A stretch of DNA of 39,560 bases from Planctomycetota bacterium. Its GTDB lineage: Bacteria; Planctomycetota; UBA8108. The stretch spans positions 1 to 39,560 of the forward strand of contig JAFGKN010000545.1 of the NCBI GenBank assembly GCA_016928605.1. Reading direction: 5' to 3'. Numbering within the stretch: the stretch's first letter is position 1; every line of letters starts with the position of its first letter. The position numbers and the translations under genes were made by a program. The notes beneath the pieces were generated by a model. It made no database searches. It was not told the origin of the DNA and saw only the letters and a list, made by a program, of their open reading frames with translations. This document shows positions 1-7,449 of this stretch, one piece after another.

Positions 1-27
1 AAAACCCAAAAACCTCTTTCTTCTCAT
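1..27 (-). CDS. 5' end (9 codons, MRRKRFLGF) of an unidentified CDS that runs off the left edge
   Basis: ATG at 27..25 with GAGGAGG (rc of 32..38) 4 nt upstream. The N-terminus is basic. Too short to classify. Confidence 0.3.
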
Positions 28-136
28 TTTTCCTCCTCGAGGCAAACAGGCAGAACCTACCTTTTTCACCCTGAACATCCAGCAGGAATGCAGCCCTGCG
101 AGCGAAGCACCTCCCAATCTTCACGAAGTCGACGCT

Positions 137-178
137 GGTTTGTTTTCGGTTTGTTTCGGTTTCAACTCGGGTTGTTTC
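137..178. repeat. four tandem ~10.5-bp direct repeats, GGTTTGTTT(T)C
   Basis: Units at 137-147 ggtttgttttc, 148-157 ggtttgtttc, 158-168 ggtttcaactc, 169-178 gggttgtttc. The period matches one helical turn. Confidence 0.8.
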
Positions 179-353
179 AGTCTGGCATCGCCGCGATGGA
201 ATCGCGGTCCGCGCTCTCTTGCCTTCTCTTCCCTACATTCGTCTCGCGATCACTCTTCTCCGAGCTGGCTGCGACGGAAAGGCGGTAAGAACCCAGCCCC
301 TTCCCGTCGGTTCACTCCTCGATGCGCGACGTCTGAATTCCTCGATCTCTCTC

Positions 354-454
354 GTCGACCGCTCTTTGTCATCGAGACCCTCGAAGCCTGCGCTTCCTTC
401 CGAAAGACCCTGGTCCAGCGCCAGGGGAGGCTTCGAACCAGCTGAGCGGTCGAC
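354..454 (-). ncRNA. candidate structured RNA element of unknown class (three levels of nested helices)
   Basis: Perfect pairings: 354-364/444-454 (11 bp), 382-389/428-435 (8 bp), 408-413/421-426 (6 bp), 393-397/402-406 (5 bp). On the minus strand the last hairpin is CUUUC-GGAA-GGAAG, a GNRA tetraloop. Class not identified. Confidence 0.35.
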
Positions 455-483
455 AGAATGTCTTCCCAAACTTACGATCCGCC

Positions 484-512
484 ATGTTACAGAGAACGCC
501 ACAGCGAGTCAA
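484..512 (-). promoter_or_regulatory. candidate sigma70-type promoter TTGACT-17 nt-TAACAT
   Basis: rc of 507..512 is TTGACT and rc of 484..489 is TAACAT, with a 17-nt spacer. It lies about 30 nt upstream of the structured element at 454. Confidence 0.4.
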
Positions 513-940
513 ATGGAAACTCTCCAAATTGATGCCGCGCCCTCCGCGCAGCGGAAAGCCATGCATCTCTTCAGTGTCGCTGGATCGGCCGGTCCGGCGC
601 TCTCCCTGGACGCTCTGCAAAGCATCGGCGATGCCGAGATCTCCGAACGCAGATCGAGGAGGCTGCGCTTCCGTCACGGTTCTGTGCGGCGAAGGCGGCG
701 AGAGCCAGCGCAGTGAGCCCATCGCATCTTGCGAGACGAACTCCTCGCTCGGCTCCAGTCGCCGGACCATGACCCATGGCCTCCATGATAGGCAATAGAT
801 CCGCGAAGGAAAACACAAAATTAGCGAAAAGCGACAAAAAGAGAAGCACGGCGAGATGTTCACGAGATGTCAGGACGAGAGGCACCCCTCGCCTTCGCGC
901 CTCGTGCCGCGGCCGGCGGCGCCGGCGCTCGCAGCTCGCC

Positions 941-2035
941 TCACTCACCCTCGGCCATCCGCTCCCGCATCCACCCGAGCGCCACCGAAGCCGCCCACGG
1001 AGCCGCCACCACCGATGTGTAATGGCCGAGCGGCAGGATGTACGTCTCGGGTTCCCCCAACTTATCCCTAAGCAGGAGGCCCTGCGCATAGGGTACCTTG
1101 TCATCGCAGGCGCCCAGCAACAGAAGAACCCGCGCGGGCTCGACGGCCGGCGCGAGCCGGGCGGGATCGCACCGAAAGCCGCGCTGAAACTCGCGCGCGA
1201 CCCCCGCCGCCGTGATCCCGCTCGCACGCTCCCGGGCCTGCAGGTACTCGAGGACGAGCCGCTCCCGCGACCCGGTCAGGATCGCCGGCAGATCGGCCCC
1301 CGCCAGGCACAGGACGCTCGCCCGCCAGCGCGGATCGCTCGCGACGAGAGCGACGTTCTTGATCGCGCCCAGGCTGATGCCGAAGGTCCCCAGCCTGTCC
1401 GCGTCCACCTCGCCCAGCGCCCCCAGGAGATCGACCGCCAGCAGGTTCTGCCGGACGTTCTCCCGGATCCGAGCCTCGAGGTCGACGGCATCGCGCCGCG
1501 GGTCGAGGATCACGGTCTCCTGGTGGAGAAAGAAGGTCGAGATGCCCCGGGCGCAGGCCTGCCGGCTGAAGTAGCGGCAGGCGAGGTAGTCGTCGAAGGT
1601 ACCACCCAGGATGGGAGAGATCGCGACGAGCGGCGCGCCCCGGGATCCGGCCCGCAGCGATCGGTAGTAGTCCCCCACGACCTCCTCGAAGTCCCCCTCG
1701 AGCTCGGAGTAAGCCTGGAAGCGGAAGACGTAGCGCTCGTGATCGCGACCTCGCTCCTGGAGGTCCAACCCGAGAGCGCGGCCGGGGTGGAGAGGGCGCA
1801 GCTCGGCGAGCAGCCCGGGATCGAGCGCCTCGCGAGCGCGCGCGGGCTCGCCCTTCGCGAGATGCGAGCAGCCGCAGAAGGCGAGGACGGCGGCCGAGAG
1901 GAAGATGACGCCCCGGGCGCGGCGGACGCCGGCTCGCAGGAGGAACGCGCCGGGCGCGAGTTGCTGAGAGCCGCGGGTCTCCCCCCTCCGCTCATCGCCG
2001 GCGGAGGAGACACCCCGCTTCAAGGCCCGGATCAC
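941..2035 (-). CDS. alpha/beta-fold hydrolase, probably secreted or a lipoprotein
   Basis: GISLG nucleophile elbow (GxSxG), then Asp (GACDDKVP) and His (LPLGHY) in the alpha/beta-hydrolase order. RRARGVIFLSAAVLAFCGC looks like a lipoprotein signal. The GTG at 2035 overlaps the upstream stop (GTGA). The exact start is uncertain. Confidence 0.7.
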   Translation of the reverse strand: MIRALKRGVSSAGDERRGETRGSQQLAPGAFLLRAGVRRARGVIFLSAAVLAFCGCSHLAKGEPARAREALDPGLLAELRPLHPGRALGLDLQERGRDHERYVFRFQAYSELEGDFEEVVGDYYRSLRAGSRGAPLVAISPILGGTFDDYLACRYFSRQACARGISTFFLHQETVILDPRRDAVDLEARIRENVRQNLLAVDLLGALGEVDADRLGTFGISLGAIKNVALVASDPRWRASVLCLAGADLPAILTGSRERLVLEYLQARERASGITAAGVAREFQRGFRCDPARLAPAVEPARVLLLLGACDDKVPYAQGLLLRDKLGEPETYILPLGHYTSVVAAPWAASVALGWMRERMAEGE

Positions 2036-3192
2036 CGGATGATCTCGGCCTTCTCGCGCAGCCGCGCCATGGCGTCGAGACTCTCCTTGGCGGAGGGGGG
2101 TCGCCGCCGGAGGTCTTCGAGAAGCGCGGCCTTGACATCCTCGAACTTCGTCTCCTGCCGCCCGAGGAACTGGATGATGTGGAAGCCCCGCGGGGAGCGG
2201 ACCACCTCGCTGATCGGCTGCTCGGCCGACAGCTTCAGGACAGCGGCGTGGAACTCGGGCCCGAAGAGCGATGCCGAGTAGCTCGGGATGCGACCCTCGC
2301 CGCGCCTCGTGAACGTGTCATCGCAGTACTTCTTGACCTGCTCGACGAAGTCGGCTCCGGCGCGGATCTCCTGGAGGATCCCCTCCGCCCGCGCGCGCGC
2401 GGCCGCCTCCTGCCGCGGAGGGAGCGCGTCGCCGTCGGGCCCCGTGCGCCTGCCCGTCGAGACGAGGATGTGGCGGAGATCGAAGCGGACACCGTCCTTG
2501 CCGTAGACGCGTTCGAACTCGAGCCGGAGCGCGTCATCGCCGATCTCGCGTCGCTTGAGGATGATCTTCGTCAGCAGGGTCTCGTAGTAGAGCGACTGCC
2601 GCAGCTCGTCCATGCGGTCCTCCAGGCTGGTCCCCTGCCGCTCGAGCGCTTCGAGGTAGCGGCCGCGGTCCCCCTGGAAGATGCCATCGATCGTCCGTTC
2701 GATCCGCGACTCGACGAGCTCGTCGACCTCCTGGGGAGTCACGACGATCCCCTCGCGCTGGGCCTCCGCGGCGATCAGCAGGCGGTCGATGTACTCGCCG
2801 AGCTTCCGCTTCCCGATGCTCGCGAGGAGGTAGTCCGCGTACTCCCGCAGGACGATGTCCCGCCCGTCGACACGCGCCACGACGCCCGGCGGCAGCCGGA
2901 CGCCGCCCTCCGCGCCCTCTTCCTTCGTCTCGCCCTCCTGCGCCGACGCGGCGGCGCCAGGGGCGGGCGCCTCTCGTCCGAAGGGGCCGATGACGGGCCG
3001 CTCGGCCCCGTCCTCGGGCGCGGGAGGCGACTCGGGGGCCGGAGGAGCGGGCGCGGGCGCGGGAGCCTCCTCGGCGCCAGATCTCGACGCGATGCTCAGG
3101 GCGAGGATCAGGCCGAGACAGGCGGTGAAAACGATGAGAGCGAGGCGCCTCGAAAGCGGCGCGGTCCGCAGCGAGTGTCCTTCAGAGCGCAT
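2032..3192 (-). CDS. parvulin-type peptidyl-prolyl isomerase (PrsA/SurA/PpiD-like) with N-terminal signal or anchor
   Basis: ORF 2032..3300 trimmed to ATG 3192 (MRSEGHSLRTAPLSRRLALIVFTACLGLILALSIA). C-terminal rotamase block DLRHILV...GFHIIQF. Confidence 0.75.
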   Translation of the reverse strand: MRSEGHSLRTAPLSRRLALIVFTACLGLILALSIASRSGAEEAPAPAPAPPAPESPPAPEDGAERPVIGPFGREAPAPGAAASAQEGETKEEGAEGGVRLPPGVVARVDGRDIVLREYADYLLASIGKRKLGEYIDRLLIAAEAQREGIVVTPQEVDELVESRIERTIDGIFQGDRGRYLEALERQGTSLEDRMDELRQSLYYETLLTKIILKRREIGDDALRLEFERVYGKDGVRFDLRHILVSTGRRTGPDGDALPPRQEAAARARAEGILQEIRAGADFVEQVKKYCDDTFTRRGEGRIPSYSASLFGPEFHAAVLKLSAEQPISEVVRSPRGFHIIQFLGRQETKFEDVKAALLEDLRRRPPSAKESLDAMARLREKAEIIR

Positions 3193-3313
3193 CTTCGTTC
3201 CTGGCCCGCAGGCCACCTCCATGCAACAGGCTTGCCCGAAACCCGCCTCGGAGACGATACACGACGCGCCCCGCAGCAGCCCGCCCGGTACTCCAAGCAC
3301 CCGGCGCCGGGGC

Positions 3314-3742
3314 TCACTTCGAGCCCGCTGAGCTCTCCGTCGCCCCGGCAGGCTGGGCCTCGCCGGCCGCGCCTTCCTGCACGAATCCGAAGAGGACCTG
3401 GCTGCCGCCGTCTCCCAGGCGCAGCGATGCGGTCCTGACGATTCTTGTGTATCCCCCCGGCCTGTCCTTGTAGCGCGGTCCGATCTCGTCGAAGAGCTTC
3501 TTGACCGCGTCCTCGTCGCGCAGGAGCTTCAGGCCTCGCCGATAGTTGTGAAGCGTCTTGTCCCGGGCCAGCGTGATCAGCTTCTCTGCGAAGGGGCGGA
3601 CGAACTTCGCCTTCTCCTTCGTCGTCACGATGTGCTCCCTCTCGCCGAAAGAGAGGAACAGACTCCGGGCGATGTTTCGCTTGAGCGCCAGGCGATGAGC
3701 CGCGCTGCGGCTGAGCTTCTTGGTGCGTCTTCGATGTCTCAT
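3314..3742 (-). CDS. rplQ: 50S ribosomal protein L17
   Basis: MRHRRRTKKLSRSAAHRLALKRN is a typical L17 N-terminus. The gene follows rpoA. Short Ala/Gly-rich C-terminal tail. Confidence 0.95.
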   Translation of the reverse strand: MRHRRRTKKLSRSAAHRLALKRNIARSLFLSFGEREHIVTTKEKAKFVRPFAEKLITLARDKTLHNYRRGLKLLRDEDAVKKLFDEIGPRYKDRPGGYTRIVRTASLRLGDGGSQVLFGFVQEGAAGEAQPAGATESSAGSK

Positions 3743-3768
3743 GGTTTCAACTCTCTGGCCGCCCGGCC

Positions 3769-4773
3769 TCAGTTCTGCTCGACCTTCGGGACTTCCATGC
3801 CCAGTCTCAGGCCCAGCGCTTTCAGCTTCTCCTTGATCTCGTCGAGGGTCGTCTTTCCGAAGTTCCTGACCTTCAGGAGATCGCCCTCCTTGCAGGCGAC
3901 GAGGTCCCCGATCCTGTGGATGCTCTCGCCGTCAAGGCAGTTGTAGGCGCGCACGGACAGCTCGAGAGTGCTGATCGGCTTCTGGAGCTTCTCCTGGAGT
4001 CCCTCGCTGTCCTCGTAGGCGATGTGCTCCTCGGCCTCGACGCTGTCCACCGGCTGCAGCTCGTAGCCGATCTCGGTGTACTGGACGAAGGGATTCAGGT
4101 GGCGCCGGAGGATCTTCGAGGCCTCCACGAGCGCCATGTCGGGAACGACGGTGCCGTCGGTCCAGATCTCCATGATCAGCCGGTCGAAGTTGGTCCTCTG
4201 ACCGACGCGGGTGTTCTCGATCCTGTATCGCACTCTCCGCACCGGCGAGAAGGAAGCATCCATCCATATCACGCCGATCTCGGTGTCGTTCTGCGAATTC
4301 TCCTCGGCCGTCGAGTAACCACGGCCCTTGCGGGCGCGAAGGTCGACGTTGAACGGGATATCCTGCGTGAGCGTCGCGATCTTCAGATCCGGGTTCATGA
4401 TAGAGACTTCGGGACCGTGCTGGATGTCCGCCGCAGTCACATCGCTCTTCGAATCCTTGCGGATCTTGAACTCCGCCTCCTCCCCCTGGTGAATCTGCAA
4501 GAGCACGTTCTTCAGATTGAGGATGATGTCGGTGACATCCTCGTAGACGCCGGTAAGGCTCGAAAATTCATGCTGCACGCCTTCGATTCTCGCCGAGACG
4601 ACGGCGGCGCCTTCGAGAGACGAGAGCAAGATGCGCCGCAGGCTGTTGCCCACCGTCACGCCAAAGCCTCTCTCGAACGGCTCGACGAGGAACTTCCCGT
4701 ACTCGCTCGTGCGTGTCGCTTCCTCGCACACCACCGAGTTCGGGATCTCGAAGTCTCTCCAACGAATTCGCAT
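3769..4773 (-). CDS. rpoA: DNA-directed RNA polymerase subunit alpha
   Basis: NSLRRILLSSLEGAA motif and a C-terminal domain with LELSVRAYNCL. ATG 4773 is preferred over GTG 4776 because AAGGAG lies 7 nt upstream. Confidence 0.96.
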   Translation of the reverse strand: MRIRWRDFEIPNSVVCEEATRTSEYGKFLVEPFERGFGVTVGNSLRRILLSSLEGAAVVSARIEGVQHEFSSLTGVYEDVTDIILNLKNVLLQIHQGEEAEFKIRKDSKSDVTAADIQHGPEVSIMNPDLKIATLTQDIPFNVDLRARKGRGYSTAEENSQNDTEIGVIWMDASFSPVRRVRYRIENTRVGQRTNFDRLIMEIWTDGTVVPDMALVEASKILRRHLNPFVQYTEIGYELQPVDSVEAEEHIAYEDSEGLQEKLQKPISTLELSVRAYNCLDGESIHRIGDLVACKEGDLLKVRNFGKTTLDEIKEKLKALGLRLGMEVPKVEQN

Positions 4774-4919
4774 CACAAAACTCCTTCAAGGCTCGGCGCA
4801 TCCCTACCGAGCCTCCGTTGTCCTGAATGTGCGCCTCGCGGCTCGGAGGTTCCCTGCCTCCGCGCCGCCGGATTCCCTCGTGTCGCCGACGATTCCCCCC
4901 GCCGCGGCCGCGCGCCTGG

Positions 4920-5291
4920 TCACACTCTCCTTCGCTTCCGGGGACGACAGCCGTTGTGCGGAAGCGGCGTCACGTCCTCGATCGACTTGATATCGAGGCC
5001 CGACGCCTGGATGGCCCGGATGGCTGATTCCCGTCCCGAGCCCGGGCCCTTCACGCGGATGTCCACCTCCTTCATCCCCATCTTGAGCACCTTGTTGGCA
5101 CACTGCTCGGCCGCCCGCTGGGCCGCGAACGGAGTGCTCTTCCTGCTGCCCTTGTAGCCGATGCTCCCGCCCGTATCCCAGCAGAGAGCCTGTCCGTTCT
5201 TGTCCGTGATGGTGACGATGGTGTTGTTGAAGGTCGCCTTGATGTGGACGATTCCCTTGACTACGTTTTTCCGGATCTTCTTCTTGGCCAT
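4920..5291 (-). CDS. rpsK: 30S ribosomal protein S11
   Basis: [30 protein letters not shown]. Confidence 0.97.
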   Translation of the reverse strand: MAKKKIRKNVVKGIVHIKATFNNTIVTITDKNGQALCWDTGGSIGYKGSRKSTPFAAQRAAEQCANKVLKMGMKEVDIRVKGPGSGRESAIRAIQASGLDIKSIEDVTPLPHNGCRPRKRRRV

Positions 5292-5426
5292 TCTCCGCTC
5301 GAGCTCTGTTCGATTTGCCTGGACGCAGCCACCTCGGCCGCCGAAGACACCGCAAGACGGCGCGACAGCACGTCCCTGCGCGGCTTTCGCCGCATGCGAG
5401 AGCCGCCGCGATCCGCACGCGAAGCG

Positions 5427-5810
5427 CTAGCGCATCTGCTTGATGCTCCGCTTCGTCGCCACGACTTTCCGCGGCCCCTTCCGGGTGCGCGCGTTGGTCT
5501 TCGTCCTCTGCCCGCGCGCCGGCAGACCGCGCCGGTGCCGCAAACCCCGATAGCAGTTGATCTCCTTGAGCCGGTTGATGTTCTGAGAAAGCTGGCGCCG
5601 CAAGCGGCCTTCCACAACGCAGTCGTTGTCGAGGATGGACGCGATGCGCCCGAGCTCCTCCTCCGTGAGATCCTTGGTCTTGACCGACTCGTCGATTCCC
5701 GCCTTCTTCAGCACGTCGAGGGACAGAGAGCGCCCGACGCCGAAGATGTAGGTCAGCGAGATGCCGATCCTCTTGTCGACGGGGATATCGATACCCGAAA
5801 TTCGCGGCAT
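5427..5810 (-). CDS. rpsM: 30S ribosomal protein S13
   Basis: [26 protein letters not shown], with an AGGAG SD upstream. Confidence 0.97.
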   Translation of the reverse strand: MPRISGIDIPVDKRIGISLTYIFGVGRSLSLDVLKKAGIDESVKTKDLTEEELGRIASILDNDCVVEGRLRRQLSQNINRLKEINCYRGLRHRRGLPARGQRTKTNARTRKGPRKVVATKRSIKQMR

Positions 5811-5889
5811 CAGAACTCCTTCGTGCCTTCAGAGGAGGAGCCGGCGCCTGAGATCCCCCGAGTTCGTGGCGGGGATCTCATCCGGCGGC

Positions 5890-6003
5890 TCACCCCTGCC
5901 TCTGCTTGTGTCTGGGGTTGCTGCAGATCACGCGGACCACACCCTTGCGGCGGACGATCTTGCAGTTCTCACAAAGCCTTTTTACTGAAACCTTTACTTT
6001 CAT
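5890..6003 (-). CDS. rpmJ: 50S ribosomal protein L36 (zinc-ribbon form)
   Basis: Not in the ORF track. The rc translation is [37 protein letters not shown] followed by a stop. It sits in the conserved slot between infA and rpsM. Confidence 0.92.
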   Translation of the reverse strand: MKVKVSVKRLCENCKIVRRKGVVRVICSNPRHKQRQG

Positions 6004-6045
6004 TCATCACCTCGCTCGGCCGGGGTCTCCCCGCAGCACGGCCGC

Positions 6046-6261
6046 TCAAACCCGGTACACGATCCGAGCTTTGGTCAGGTCATAGGGAGACATCTCGAGC
6101 GTCACGCGGTCCCCCGGCAGGATCTTGATGAAGTGCATCCGCATCTTGCCGGCCACGTGCGCCAGCACGGCATGGCCGTTCTCGAGCTCCACCCGAAACA
6201 TCGCGTTGGGAAGCGCTTCCTTCACCACGGCGTCAACGCGAATATGGTCTTCCCTTGGCAT
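6046..6261 (-). CDS. infA: translation initiation factor IF-1
   Basis: 71 aa: [30 protein letters not shown]...ARIVYR. Confidence 0.97.
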   Translation of the reverse strand: MPREDHIRVDAVVKEALPNAMFRVELENGHAVLAHVAGKMRMHFIKILPGDRVTLEMSPYDLTKARIVYRV

Positions 6262-6439
6262 GCGTCGTAATTCTCACCACCCATCGCGAGTCACTCGTCG
6301 TCCTCCCTTCCCCCGCGTCACCCGGAAAGACGGAGAGAGGACAAAACGAGAAGAGCCTTGCCCGCCGGCGGCGAACCAAGGCTTGTCTACCCGGGGGTCG
6401 TCGCGCGGTCCTCCCCCGTGGCAAAATAACGGAAAGCCG

Positions 6440-6469
6440 AATATACAAACGCCTTAAACGCAGGTCCAA
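6440..6469 (-). promoter_or_regulatory. candidate promoter TTGGAC-18 nt-TATATT for infA-rpmJ-rpsM-rpsK-rpoA-rplQ
   Basis: rc of 6464..6469 is TTGGAC and rc of 6440..6445 is TATATT. This is an AT-richer patch right after the map terminator. The -35 box is weak. Confidence 0.35.
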
Positions 6470-6516
6470 AAAAATCTCCGCAGTTTTTCCGAGATTTCCT
6501 GTTTTCCCCGCGGAGA
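6468..6516 (-). terminator. probable intrinsic terminator after map
   Basis: Minus strand: UCUCCGCGG (6516..6508) pairs with CUGCGGAGA (6483..6475) for 9 bp including one GU. The loop is 24 nt and A-rich. U7 (6474..6468) follows immediately. Confidence 0.45.
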
Positions 6517-6518
6517 GC

Positions 6519-7298
6519 TCACCCCACCTCCGCCCCGCCTTCGAGGAGGGTCAGGATGTCCGGCCCTTCCCCTCTGACGGCCACGGTGTGCTCGAAATGG
6601 GCCGAAAGGCTCCGGTCCTTCGTGACCACCGTCCAGCCATCGTCGAGGATCTCCACGTCGTCGGTTCCGATATTGACCATCGGCTCGATCGCGAGGACCA
6701 TCCCCTCCCGCAAGGCGGGATCATGCCTCAAAGGCTTCTCCTCCAAGTAGTTGGGAACCTGGGGATCCTCGTGAAGCTGGGACCCGATCCCGTGCCCGAC
6801 GAACTTCTTGACCACGTGGTAGCCGCTCGACTCGGCGCAGCTCTGGATGGCCCGGCTCACGTCCGAGATCCGCTGGCCGACTCGGGAGGCCGCGATCCCC
6901 CGCTGGAGGCACTCATGGCCGACGGCCAGCAGCCGCCGGGCCTCGTCGGAGACTTCCCCGACCGGAAAGGTCCAGGCCGCGTCACCGCAGTACCCCCGGA
7001 TCTTCACGCCGACGTCGACGCTCAGGATGTCCCCCTCCGCCAGCTTGCGCCGGCGCTTCGGGATGCCGTGCACCACCTCGTGATTGATCGAGAGACAGCT
7101 ATTGGCGGGAAACCCCCGGTAGCGGTAGAAGAGCAGCTTCCCCCCGCGGTCGAGGACAAAGTCTCGGATCAGAAGGTCCAGCTCCTGCGTGGAGACTCCG
7201 GGTCGCAAGGCCTTCCACACCTCCTGGATGGCCCCCGCGACGATGCGGCCTGCCTGGCGCATCTTCTCGATCTCTTCCGGCGTCCTGTAGGAAATCAC
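6519..7298 (-). CDS. map: methionine aminopeptidase, type I
   Basis: GTG at 7298 gives (M)ISYRTPEEIEKMRQAG, the usual MetAP N-terminus. The ORF-track start at 7553 (TTG) would overlap secY by about 100 nt. Confidence 0.9.
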   Translation of the reverse strand: MISYRTPEEIEKMRQAGRIVAGAIQEVWKALRPGVSTQELDLLIRDFVLDRGGKLLFYRYRGFPANSCLSINHEVVHGIPKRRRKLAEGDILSVDVGVKIRGYCGDAAWTFPVGEVSDEARRLLAVGHECLQRGIAASRVGQRISDVSRAIQSCAESSGYHVVKKFVGHGIGSQLHEDPQVPNYLEEKPLRHDPALREGMVLAIEPMVNIGTDDVEILDDGWTVVTKDRSLSAHFEHTVAVRGEGPDILTLLEGGAEVG

Positions 7299-7449
7299 GG
7301 CGTGGTTCAGAAATGGAGCGATCCGGGTGACACTGGCGTGTTTCAGAAACGAAGAACAGGCGCCGTAGGCGCCCGGCGCCCAGCAGGCGCCGCCTCGATG
7401 GAGCCCGTGTGCCGCGCTCTCCGGCTCGGTCCTCCGCAACCTCGGCCGA

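Noticed and set aside
430-442. GGTTCGAAGCC (minus strand), resembling a tRNA/tmRNA T-loop.
   Set aside because: There is no flanking 5-bp T-stem, no acceptor stem, no CCA and no tag-peptide reading frame nearby. The segment is better explained as part of helix P2 of the nested element.
219-716. ORFs in the left gap, including an internal METLQIDAAPSAQRKAMHLFSVAGSAGPALSLDALQSIGDAEISERR... (ATG at 513, plus strand) and 369..863 on the minus strand.
   Set aside because: There is no SD, a poly-Arg tail, no recognisable family and no plus-strand terminator. GC3 is only moderately high. I cannot exclude a small protein, but the evidence is insufficient to call a CDS.
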